A DNA stretch of 64,000 nt from Bilabrum cf. latius (Eukaryota). Location of the stretch: contig OZ237739.1 of the NCBI GenBank assembly GCA_965178125.1, positions 1,302,001 to 1,366,000 of the forward strand. The letters run 5' to 3'. Made by a program: the position numbers and the translations under genes. Of this stretch, positions 11,465-23,100 are shown piece by piece (the first letter of the stretch is position 1; each line of letters opens with the position of its first letter). The notes beneath the pieces are model-generated. The model worked only from the letters and a program-made list of their open reading frames with translations, was not told the DNA's origin and made no database searches.

Positions 11465-11596
11465 GATTTGCTTTCTATGTACTGAATGGGGCAGACTAAA
11501 CTATTTTGCCCTCTAGGCCCAAGTAACGTGTTGTTCCTTCTCAAAAAAATCAGAACTTGAGTGCCACCGACAAACTGACGGTCCATTCCAGCAGCA

Positions 11597-14500
11597 TCAC
11601 TCCTCCATGGCTTCTGAACCGCGGGACTTATCCACTGGGAGCTCACCAGGCAGCAGCATCGCATCGTCGTCGTCTTCATCGTCTTCGTCGTCGTCGTTGT
11701 CGCCCTCACCTTGCCCCGCGCCGCTTTGCTGCTCGTCCGGGCTAGCTGCATGCTGGTGTCCACCAGCGGCCCTGCCACTGCTAGTGTCCCTCAACGCAGA
11801 TGACGACTATGCAGCACCAGTCGATGCCCCTTCCATTCTCTACTGATGCAAAGGCTCGTCTTCCTCCTCGCCTGAACCAGCCGTCTCCCCACGTGGCTCT
11901 GCGTCAGCCGCACTCGCCCTGGCCTGCGCTGCAATGCGCTGCATCCTATCCAGCGCGCCCGACAGCTCCGACTCCACTGCTACCAGCTTCTTCAAGCAGC
12001 CTTCGCTGCCAGCATCCACGCTCCACATAGCAGAGCCCGCCCCTTGCTCGGACCAACCCGCGCCCCCACTGCCAATCCCACTGGCGCCGCTGGTCGTGTT
12101 CCTCCCCGCCGAAATGCCCGCGGTGCTCAAAATCTACACCAGCGCGCCGTCATCTACCAGTAGTTTCAGCTCCGAGTCCTGCCGCGAGGGAACAAACACC
12201 GGCAGCCGAAGCTCACCCGCCGCACCGGCCCCGCCCTGCCCTACCCCTAACCCAAGCCCGCCTCGGAGACACGCAGCGGGCAGCTTGCCGACGTCCTCCG
12301 CGTCCAGCCCCAGCGCCGCCGCCATCTCCACCAGCTGTTCCCTGCGGGCCGCAGCGGCCTCCCTGACAGTGACGAGTGCCTGCCTCACCACTGCCAGGGA
12401 CAGCGACAGCAGAGCGCCAAACGACCTCCTTGCCTCCTCCGGGCTCGACCTCGCGCCCACGATTCCCCGGTCCCCTACCCTCTCCAGAACCTTGCCCACG
12501 GCCCGACGCAGCCTGCCGCTAGGGTCACCCCCGTGCTCCACGGCCTCCTGCTCCACCAGAGCCCCTGCTGACCGCCTGGGCCACCGGTGCCCTCGCCCTT
12601 CCCCGTCTTCGAAGTCGACCTCGTCATCGTCCTCCTCGTCCGAGCTCTGCATGGCAGACCGCTTCCGCTTCTTTCCGCGGAGCCTTTTCCCGCCAGTCTT
12701 CTTCCCCCCCTTGCCCTTGCCCCTAGATCCCGCCTTCTTCTTCTTCGGAGCCGTTTTCCGGCCTCCCACGATCTTGACGAAGATGCCGGTCGTGGGCTCT
12801 GGCTCCAGGCCCAGCTGGATGCACCGGTTGCGGATGGCAGTCTCACTCCTCTTGGCCCCCGAGGGGAACTGCAGGGTCTGTGCCAGCGTGAACACAGCGC
12901 TCTCGATGCCGCCGAGGCTGCCGTGCTCCTCCTGTAGCGCCTTGTCGTCTTCCTTGGTCCAGGCAGGCCCCAGCCCGCCGCCACCTCCACCGGCCATGTC
13001 CTCCTCCTCGTCTTCGTCTTCGTCATCCTTCATCGCGTCGACAGGCGCGGATGGCTTGGCATCGCTGACCGGCAGTGCCTCTGCGGCCTCCCACGCCCGG
13101 ATCCGGAGCGCCCTGAGCTCAGCCTCCTCGTCGTTATCGTCGTTGACGGCAGCCGTCGCGTCCCACTCCTCCTCGTCGATCTCGCCCCTGTTCTGGGCCA
13201 GCTGCTCGTCCGCTTCCATCCTCGCCAGCTCGGCCTTGGAAGGTCCCCTGCCCGGGCCCTTGGCACCGCCGCGGCGGCTGCCCTGCGGCACGAGCTCCTC
13301 GTCGTACCCCACCGCAAGCAGGAGGGTGGCACCTCTCTCCCGCCACGTGATGGCCTCCACCAGCACCAGCGGGGACACAACCGAGGCCGTGGTCAGCGTC
13401 TGCACCACCTCCATGCACACCACCACGAATGGTGCGTACTGAGGCTTAGCCACGCGGCTGCCCGCAGACAGAGGCAGCCCGTCGGCACCGCGCTGCCCGG
13501 GCTTGGCCGCCTCCAGCAGCCGGAGGTCCGTCAGGGCTGCATTGCACACCTCCAAGAAATCAAAGTGCCACAGAAGAGGAGCGAAGGTGCGCGGGAAGCA
13601 CGCCTGCTGCGCAGCCGCCAGCCTGTCCTGCGCGCCCTCCTCCTCGCTGATCGCCTTCTCCATCACCTCGCGCGCCGCCTTGGCCTCCTCATCCAGTGCC
13701 GCGGCCCTGTCCAGCAGCTGCGACGTGGTCATGCCCAAGATGCCGGACTTGCCGGCGCCGGACGCGTCGCCGTCGCTCGCGCCGCCTCCAGCAGAGCCGT
13801 CGGCCGACCCCTCGCTCGGCCGCTAGGCCCCCGCGTTTGCCTGCCTCGCCGCCTCATCCGAGGCCTGCTGGGCGGCGTAGTACTTGGCCTGTGTGGGCTC
13901 GACCGCGGCCGCGCGGATGTCGAAGTCGATGGCTGCGCTGCGGTACTCCTTCACGGCGCTCCCGTCGCAGATCGACCTGAGCCTGCTCTCCACGGCACTG
14001 GGGTCCTGGTCCGGGATGGGGTGCCTCAGGATGCGCCGCATGATGTCAGCGGCCGCCTGCAGCTCGCCGGTGGGCAGCTCCGCGTAGCCTTGGGCCACGA
14101 AGAGGAGGGCCTGAGCTGCCTTGGGCTGGACGAGCTGAGCCAGGTAGCCGTGGTAGTCGAACGCCTCCTCGCGGATCTCGCTGGACGCCTTCTTCTTCTG
14201 CTGCTGCTCGCGCATGCCCTGCGCCACTTCCTCCTCGTCCTCGTCCTCGTCCTCGCCCGCAGCTGCGGCGCCGCCCCTCCTGCGCCTTTTTTTCTTCTGC
14301 ACCAGGAATCCATCCCGCGCGAGGGCCTCTCCCATCGACAGCATCATCTGCATGCAGCTCACCAGGTCGAGCGTGAAACCAGAGGTGAAGCGCCCGAACT
14401 CCCAGTTGCGCATGACTCGAGGCACCACCTCCATCACCTCACGCTCGTAGAAGAGCATCCGCACCATGGCCTTGCCCACCGCCCTCGAGTCGTCGTCCTC

Positions 14501-16962
14501 GCTCGCCCGCAGCGCCGAAAGCGTTGACAGCAGCTGCCGCAGCAGACTCACCGACAGAGCCAGGTCGTCGAACTTCTTCTGCTCGAGCCACTCAAGGGTC
14601 CGCTCCGAGCATCGCTTCAGGGTGAACGCGTCCATCACGGAGGAACAGCCGCCCAGCGCGGGCGAGTGCACCACAGGCTCGGGACCGAGGGCACCCAGCC
14701 TCGCTCTGGTGATCCCATCGGGCGCCTTGGCGTCGAACTAGGTCCCTTTCAGTGCCGCCCTCGCCTTGGCCTGCTGCATTATCCTCTTCCTGGACGCCGC
14801 CCATTCGCTCCTCTGCCTCTCTGCGTCTTTCTTGCCCTGCGCCTGCCTCGCCCGAGAGAAGCTCAGGCACCACGCCGCCAGCCGGAAGAAGTCCTGCTCC
14901 GCGCGGCTGTCCGAGTACTCTCGCTCATCCCGGGCCAGACGGTGCTTCACGTCATCCAGGAGCACGGTGAGGCCACCGGTGGAGAGCAAGTCGCCCATGG
15001 TCTCGCACACCGCAACGGCGGCCGCGTGCGACTCCGGACCGCGGAGCGCAGCGGCGGCCGCGGAGCCTACACGCGCAGCCTGCGCCACCGCTGCCCCAGA
15101 GCCAGCCATGGCCCCCTTCATGCCCAGCCTGCTGCCGCCCACGCGCTTCCTGCCCGCCCCGGGCTGGGATCGCATGCCCAGAGCCAGCGCGCTGCTCTGC
15201 CGCGCCGCCATCAGCTCGTCAACCGTGTGGTGCAGGCGCCCGTCGGCGCCCTGTCCCTGCGCCCGGAGGCGGGCCAGGGTCGCGTCGTCCGCCTGCGCCA
15301 CCTCCTCCGCCAAATCCCCCCCTGGGGGCGGGGCTGCTCCGGCTCCGGCGCCGGCGCCGCTCGGCCCCGGAGTGCCCCCGGCGGGCTGGGCCGGACCTCC
15401 GGCACGACCAGCCACAAAGATGCCGGAAAATCGGGAGTGGCGGGGCCCCCCGGTTCCGCTGCGGCGCGCGGCGCCACCAGTGAGGCGGTTGAGGGTCAGC
15501 AGCGAGTCGCCCGAGGCACCCGCCGCAGCGGCGGAAGACGACGAGGACGAGAAAGACTTGGTCGGGGTGGGTGCGATGGTCTGGCTGACCACGCGACCCC
15601 GTCTGGACCCGCGCGATCCGCGGGGACCGACACCCCCCGCAGCAGCCGTCCCCCCCTACCCCTCCCCCTCCCCCTCCCCCTCCCCCCTGGACGGGGACTG
15701 GAACGCGAACCGCCCCGACTCCGCCCCGGCGCCACCCCTCCGACGGCCCGCCTTGCCCCCCGACCCCCCGGCAGGCCCGCTCCTGAAGGCCCCGGCCAGG
15801 CTCCTCTTGGCCTCCATCGCGAGCCGCTCCTTCTTTGCCTTCTCCTCCGCACGGGCCTCCTCGTCTGCGGCGGCCTTGGCGTCCACCGCCTCCTGCGGGG
15901 AACACGACTCGGTGAGCAGCGTGAAGAAGCGGAGCAGCATCCTCGAGTAGTTCTCCGCGAAACCGGAACTGCGCGCGAGCGACCTGGCCAGCAGGACCGG
16001 CACCCGCGCCAGCCCCGCCTGGTGCATGGTCCCCACCCACTCCCAGCACAGCCGCTGCGCATCGGCCCGCTCTGACGCGCCGAGAGCGCCCGTGATCTGC
16101 TGCCTCTTCTCTTTGGCAGAGCGCCCCGCCATGCCGCTGTCCGGGGGCACCGAGTCATCAACCACGGAGGTGGGCCTCAGTGCGAGCATGTTGTTGAGGA
16201 AGTAGAGGCCCAGCTCGATCGTGTTGGTGACCGCGGCTGCGCGGTCGCCGGCCTTGGCACGGCCCATGGATCGGATCTGCAGGGCCTCGCGCAGCCGCTC
16301 GAGGACCACGCCTGCCACGACGGGCGAGCGCGCCACCGCCTGCTTGACGTCCAGCAAGGGGCCGTGCAGGCGAAGCACGGCGAAGGGGTGTGTGGACGGG
16401 TGCAGCGGCTCTGTCATGCGAGTGATCAGCTGGATGCAGTGGGGCAGCGTGGTTCTCTCCCTGCGGTGAAGAGAGGGAAATGCAATTGGGCCGGGCTGGT
16501 ACTGGGTTTCGGTCAGCAGCAACGGGTCTCGTCAAAAGCAGTCGCACTCTCTGCCTCACTCTACCTCGTCGTCAAAATAGTGCTCGATGAAGGGAATAAC
16601 TCGAGTTTGTGCAACTTTCCACTCTAGCAGCTTCTGGCGGATCCTCGTTTCCTGGTATTTGCTGTCGCGTTTCAAGTATCTGCGACGGGATCGGTGCGAG
16701 GGACGCGGAAGGCAAGGGGTGGATGCAGTATCATATTCCGTCGGCTGCTGCTTTACAGAGGAACTCACTGATGCAGCGCTCGAAGTGCACGCTCGGAATC
16801 TTCGTTCCGTCTGAAGACGCGAACCATTTCCTAATTCTCAGCATCGTACTCCTTCTTGAAGGAGCCAATGGTGTTCTGCCAGTTGAACAACTCCTCATCT
16901 GCGTCCCGCCGTTTCGACTGCTCTCTTCTCGTCATGGCAATGAGTCCATCTTGGATCTCCAT
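11597..16962 (-). CDS. TIMELESS: Timeless/Tof1 replication-fork protection protein, ~1725 aa; exons 16962-16769, 16679-16560, 16460-11597
   Basis: The spliced N-terminus ALRALHQYLKRDSKYQETRIRQKLLEWKVAQTRVIP...CIQLITRMTEP matches the Timeless pattern, and the RHSRFSG motif is present. Introns are 89 and 99 nt. Seven in-frame TAGs. Ends TGA 11599-11597. Confidence 0.8.
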
Positions 16963-17118
16963 GACGGCCTGTCCTGCCGCCACCAGCTATAGTTGCACCA
17001 GCAAGCACCGATTTTGAAATCTGTATGTTCCGCTGCTCCGGATTCGTTTTGCGCGGCGCCACTTTGGATTCCCCCCGGACAAGCAGAGCTGTAGCACTGG
17101 AACCAATAGGATTCCAGC
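16963..17118. promoter_or_regulatory. Probable bidirectional promoter between Timeless and DENR
   Basis: The divergent start codons are only 156 bp apart; promoter function is inferred from geometry. Confidence 0.45.
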
Positions 17119-17999
17119 ATGGCCGGTGTTGCTGAGGGTTCATCACCATTTGTAAATGAGGATGGGACGCTCAAGGAAGTGAAGACCGATTATTGCCCCC
17201 GTGAGCAACCAGAATAGGTTGATCGTTCTCAGCCCGCCGAGAGCATGCCAATCCACGCGCATCATAACCATGTTCGTCCAATGAATAATGCATCTATATC
17301 TATGCAGATTGCGGGTTGCCGTCTGAGTTTTGTGGATTTGCACCGGAGTACGAAACGCTGTGCAAGCCTCACTTGGCCGAGACGAACCCCGAGTTGCTGG
17401 CTGAGATCGAGGATGAGCGAGCAAAGGGGTTCAAGCTTGTGTCGAAGAAAGCGCCAAAGGTAGCCGCTGCGCCCGCAGAAGCTGCCGACCCGGCAGCAGG
17501 AGCAGAAAGCGCCACTGCACCAGCATCCGGCGCGGGAGCCGGCGGCGACGAAGCCGCACCTGCCGAGGCGTCTGCTGAAGGCGGGGACCCATCTGCACCA
17601 CCGCTGAGTCCAGAGGAACGCGCTAAGCGCGAGGCTGAGGTGAAGGCGAGAGCGGCCCGCGCCGCGAAGTTTGTCATGTGCGTGCTTCGCGAGACACGCG
17701 CGAAGAAGAACAAGAAGAACAAGAAAGACAAGAAGAGGAACAAAGTCTCTACCGGCATCGTGGGGATCGATGCCGCGGGTTTGGACCCCAAGGAGGCCTG
17801 CAAGACGCTTGGCAAGCGCATGGGCACCGCCTCCGTGCTGACCAAGAGCGACTCTGGCAGGCCTGAGATCTAGCTGCAGGGCGACCACATGAGGATCATC
17901 CCGAGGATCCTGGTGGAGGAACTGGGCGTGGACAGCGGGATCATTCGGATCGTGGAGGAGATCGACGGCAAGCTGCGAGCCAGGAAAGCATTCGCCTGA
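17119..17999 (+). CDS. DENR: Density-regulated protein DENR/Tma22 (Zn-binding N-terminus plus SUI1 domain), ~257 aa; intron 17201-17307
   Basis: Spliced DYCPHCGLPSEFC, then RNKVSTGIVGI..LDPKEACKTLGKRMGTASV and EI[TAG]LQGDH. Ends TGA 17997. Confidence 0.88.
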
Positions 18000-18180
18000 T
18001 GAAGGCAAGTGCTGGAGAGCGCCAGTGGATCGGGGGCGCTCTGGTTGGAGAGAGAGTAGAGGTCCGTGCTACAATTTTGTAATGCGGTAGGACAACCTGT
18101 ACATTTCTTTGTCTAGTAACAACGCATGCCACCGCACCGCCAGCAATGGCTGGTCCATACCATACCATGCCCAGCCTCAC

Positions 18181-19662
18181 TCACCCGGCTACCTGCACAA
18201 AGACGCCGAACCTGTACGTGTTCTTGACAAAGTTGACCGCGGCGCCCACGTCCACGAATCCTTGCGCGTCCAGCGACATGAGCTTGTGGTGGATCTTGGC
18301 CCCAAAATCGTAGTCCGAGTTCACCACGGTCCGCAGGGAGGTGTACGGCTCTCCGTTGCCCCCCATGTGGGGGGGGATTACCCTCAGGGGTACCTCCGTC
18401 TTGAGCACGAGCGTGGAGCTCATGTCCTCCTGCAGCAGCCACTGGGAGAGCACCGTGGCGTCGTTCTTCAGCGTGTGCAGATACCGCACCGCGAACGGAT
18501 ACTTCTCGTGGGGGTGGTAGCGTGCCATTACCGTGTTTTTCTGTGCGTCATCCATGTAGCTCCCGTGTGCCCCCAGAAGGGTGGCGGGCGCCTCGCTGGA
18601 CTAGCCCTCCAGCAGGTTGCCCCCTCGGATGGTGAGCACCCCGCCGAGGGCCAGCTACTCGGTGATGGCCTGGAAATAGGATACCTGGTGCTCGTCCTCC
18701 CCCGCCTGTGACTTGGACAGCGTGGTGGAGAAGTCCACCACGCAGTCGTCGGTGGACTTGACGCTGGCCGACATGCCCAGCTGCACGACCCCCGAGGGCT
18801 GCATAGCCATCATGGCCTGCTGCTGGGGATTCATCCCCGGAGAGGGGGCACCCCTCGGGGGCATGACCTGCGCATTGATGCCCACTGCAGTGTGGGAGCC
18901 CTCGATGCTCAGCTCGGGCATGAGGACGTACTTGCCCTGCCCGATGAACTGCACCGGCATGCGGATCGTGTTGGGTCCATCTGCTGCCACAAGGATGGGC
19001 TGCAGGCTCATCACGTCTGCCCCTGGCTCCGCCGGGGGTGCGAATCCCCCCCTGAGTGCTACCATCAGGTTTGCGGCGCCCTGCTCCGGTTCCATGGCAC
19101 CCATCTGCTTGCCTGCCACTTGCATGACCATGGTGAGACAGTCAGAAGGTAGCGTGTCGATGGCGGTCTGATGCCAGAGGTCCTGGAAGCTGATCACTCC
19201 CGCCGGGTCCATCTATCGCAGCAGTTCCTCCTGCTCCTTCTTCTTGCGCGCCTCCTGGTCCTCTTCCTCGCTGCCGTCCGTCGAAGTCGCCTCTTCGGCT
19301 GCCCTCATGTCCTCTGCGAGCTGCTGGGCTTTCGTCTTGCCTCCCCGCACGCCGCCCATCGTGAGCTGCTGCATGGCCATCATGTCTGCCATCTGGCCTT
19401 GCTCGCCTCCCGGGCCTGCCATTTGCGCCATGGCCCGCAGCTCCTCATCGATGCGAGCTTGCTCCTCCTTCGTCCTTCGTCGGCCCCGCCTGGCCCGTCC
19501 ACCGGCGGCACCGCGCTGCTGCTGCTCAGACTATCTCTATTCATCCTATTTCTTTATCTCTTCATCCATGGCTGCCGTGTCTCTGTCTAAGTCATCCAGG
19601 CCATCCAGCGGATCATCGTCCCCGTCTTCGCCAGGGTCGCAATAACTCAATGAAGCTCCCAT
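18181..19662 (-). CDS. TOM40: Divergent Tom40/eukaryotic porin-family beta-barrel, ~493 aa
   Basis: Starts MGASLS. Contains VSYFQAITE[TAG]LALGGVL (cf. Tom40 YLQSITPxLALGGEL) and a C-terminal beta-signal-like VNFVKNTYRFGVFVQVAG. Six in-frame TAGs. Ends TGA. Confidence 0.7.
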
Positions 19663-20124
19663 TCCGAAACATCCGGTGGCGAGTGCTGCATAAATCCAAT
19701 TTAATGCCGAAGAACCTGATCTGCTATCATTGATGCGCTATGTTGCAGCAGCAGGGGCATTGCTAGTTCGTAGCACAGAGGCACAGGACCGTCGGCTGGA
19801 ATTCAGCAATCTCGTAGCTATCTTGCCCGCTCTGCGAGCCGTACCTCCGATCATAACACTAATTTGATTTGAGGATTAATACACTAGCTATCAGTGTTTG
19901 TTCACGCGCGCACGGCTCGTAAATTGCAATTAAGCAAGAATACAGAAATACATTTGAAACAGCTCGGTACAAACACGCTGATCGAAACCGGAAGTGGCGA
20001 CCACCGAAACGCAGTCCGTTGCATTTGCGACCTTCCCAGCTATCACGTTGGACCTATGAGCAAGCTGGTTATGGAAACCAGCTGATTGTTGTATTGATTA
20101 GATTATCGTACGTATCTGCTTGCT

Positions 20125-23100
20125 ATGGAGGAGAGTAAATCGGAGAAGGGGGTGGACGACCAGACGGAAAGAATGGAGCTGGCAGTCCAGCCTTACTTCG
20201 TGCCTGGTCTGGCTGCGTCTGCGGTGCGCGCGGCAATTGAGCATGCTGATGAGGTGGAGCGCCGCACGGGGTGGGTCCCACAACAACCCGTCCCGTACCT
20301 GGTAAAGCTGCTGGTGTCCCGTGACCCGAACTCGCTCCGTGCGAAGCACCCAAAGTACGGCCACAGCCTAGGACTGTCAGAAGCAAGGCTGTATGCAAGT
20401 CTCCGACCGCCGAAGAGCTATCCAGTGGGTCTATTGGTCACTTTGCTGGAAAGAGAGCGAGCACTTGCCCTGCTGCGCCGCACTTCGGTAGAACGAGTGC
20501 GGGAAGCCAAGCGGAAGCTCATGCGAAAACTACACAATGACTGGGCGCGCGCCCGCAACATCCTAAAGCGCGTTTCGTGGGGTCCTGCCCCCGAAGACGT
20601 GCACGAAGAGCTCCGCGAACAGGGGAGAGCCGCGCTCGGTGCCCCCTGGGGAGCAGCATCCCTGGCAGGTGTCGGAGCAGGTGCTCGGGCTGGCAGTGAT
20701 ATGGGGCTGGGTGAGGGCTCGGCGCGCGAGGGTGACCGCGGGAAAATACAATTTTCTCGATTGGATCGCTGGGCGGGCCCCCCTGGGGAGGAGCCCCTGG
20801 ACCGGCTGAAGCTGAAGCTGGCGGCGGCTGCGGACGAGCAAGCAGGTGCTTCTGCCACGTTCGCGCTCGCCCCGGAGAGCGCCGCGGCCACGTCCCTGGG
20901 CGCGCTCCGAGCCCACCTGGACACCAGACTAGGTCTCAAGGCTCGCAGGAGAAGCGCGGTAGAGACAGACCACAAGGTTCTGGCCCAGGCAGCAGCCATG
21001 GGCATCCTCACGGGTCCTGGGGGCAAGCCACCAAGCCTACCTGCCGGCAGGTTTCCCGCCCTACTCCCCGCAAGCAAGGCGGTGCACAGCGGTCCAATGA
21101 GCGGCGTGGAAGGAGGAGACAGCGGCAAGGCGAACAGGCCAGGCCGTGGTCGCGGGGGTCAACAGCACCAGCACCAGCAATAGCCATACGTCAGGCGAAG
21201 GGGGTCCACAGCTGTGCCTGACGTGCAGACTGCCCTCCGGCTCCGGGCCATGGTGGCCACTGACGTGCCCTCCAGCGACTTGTCCCTGGGAGTACGAGCG
21301 CAGCACGGAAGAGCAGCGGGCGGGGCAGGGAACAGAGAGGGAGCGGCAGCAGCAGCTGCTGCGGCAAGCAGCACTGGAGATGGCTCGTATCCTCATGGGC
21401 CTGCTGCGGGCAGCTACTCGGGCTTGGCCGCGGGTGGTGGTCAGACTGCACGATCGACTGCTCAGAGCACCGCCCGGAGTGGTGACGGCGTTGGTGCTCA
21501 CGAAGATACACGCTAGCCTACCGCCATGCAGCTAGTGCCTCGGAGCGGAGGTGCAGCTGAGGCTCGCGCTAGGGCCAAAGACCTCACTGCGGCCACGGAC
21601 GTGCTGCTGCCCCCAGACGTGGACTTGGGCCTTCGCGGGCCGCTGTGGCAAGACTGCCTCTACTCAGACTATGCGCACAGGGCCCCACTCTAGCGTCTCG
21701 ATTTCCAAGGCATGACGTCGTACATGACGGACCCGCTGCTGCTTCGCATGCTGGGGCAGACGGGTGTTCTGTCGAGCCTTCGAGCCCTGCTACTGGCAGG
21801 CTGCAGGATGGTTACCGGCCCTGCGCTTCTCCCGGTGGTGTTCCAGGCGCAGCATCTGGTGGAGCTGGACGTCAGGCGCTGTGAAGGGCTGGGGGCGGGC
21901 TTCTTCCTCGGTCTGCTGGAGGACTCGCCTCCTCCTGCTGTCGCCGGGGCTGGGAGCAGTCGCAGTACTCGAATGCGGGGCAGGCGCACAGCGAGGCCGG
22001 CTGCTCGCCTGTCGCCGATCAGGGAGCAGGCAGGTCAGGGCGATCCATCGGCCGCCAAGCCCAAGACAAGCGCGCCCAGGGACCGACTGAAGGTGCTTCG
22101 GGCGGGCGGGTGCACCTGCGTCGACGGAAGGGTGGCGGCAAGGCTGTGCGCGGAACTGCGAGGCCTAGAATCAATTGATCTTTCGCGATGTCCCCGCATC
22201 ACGGATAAAGTGCTGGACGCTCTAGCAGGCCGACCAGGCGCTGTAGGAGGCGTGGGAGAGGGTGGTGGAGGGGGTGGCTCCAAGACGAAAGCAACGGCTG
22301 GATGGGGCCAGATCGAGCAAGTGTGGCTGGACCACTGCAAGGAGTTCAGCGAGGAAGGCTTCATGGCTCTCGCCTCTCATGCGGGGAGCCTCAAGCGACT
22401 GTCTCTGGTGGGCTGCAGGCAGCTGTCTGGATCGGCGTTTGCGGGCTTGCCTGCCCCTGTGGTGCGTCGGAGGCGGGTGGTCATGGTCAGTTCCAGGGTG
22501 CTGAAGAAAGAAGGCGTTCTTGTGGACGACGACGGCGCCGCAGCAGTCATGCCTGCACACGAAGGTGGGGACCAAGGCATGCAAGGCCCTGTAGGCAAGC
22601 TAGTGGGCGAGGGCGATGGCTTTCCCTCGGCAACGGACCGACCTGTCGTGGTGGCACTGGCCAGGCACGACCTTTCCGCTGCCCGGGAGCAGGACGAAAG
22701 GCCGTTGGTAGGGCACCGAGAGCTGCCGAACATGCTGGTTGCGAGGCTCATGCGAGCCACTGGGCTCGAGATGGATTTCCCCGAGAAGATTCGGGACGAT
22801 CACGCGCAAGCTCTGCTGCTAGCAAACCGTCTCGGCTTTGACCAGGAAGTGCGGGAAGCGGCCGCCGAGGTCGACGCTGTGCTGGACGAGGCGTTGGAGC
22901 TGTAGGAGAGGATTGGCAATGACCCTGCTAGGCACGCCAGCAGCACCATCCGCTAGTCCATCGATCCGCACCAGGAACAGGACGACGAGATGCTGCTAAT
23001 GCTGGCAAACGCTGTGAATCCAACCGTGGACAAGCACATGAATTCCACCAGCGCCGCCCGCGGTTCCGCCTCCGCAAGTGGCGGCAGGAAGAAAGCCATG

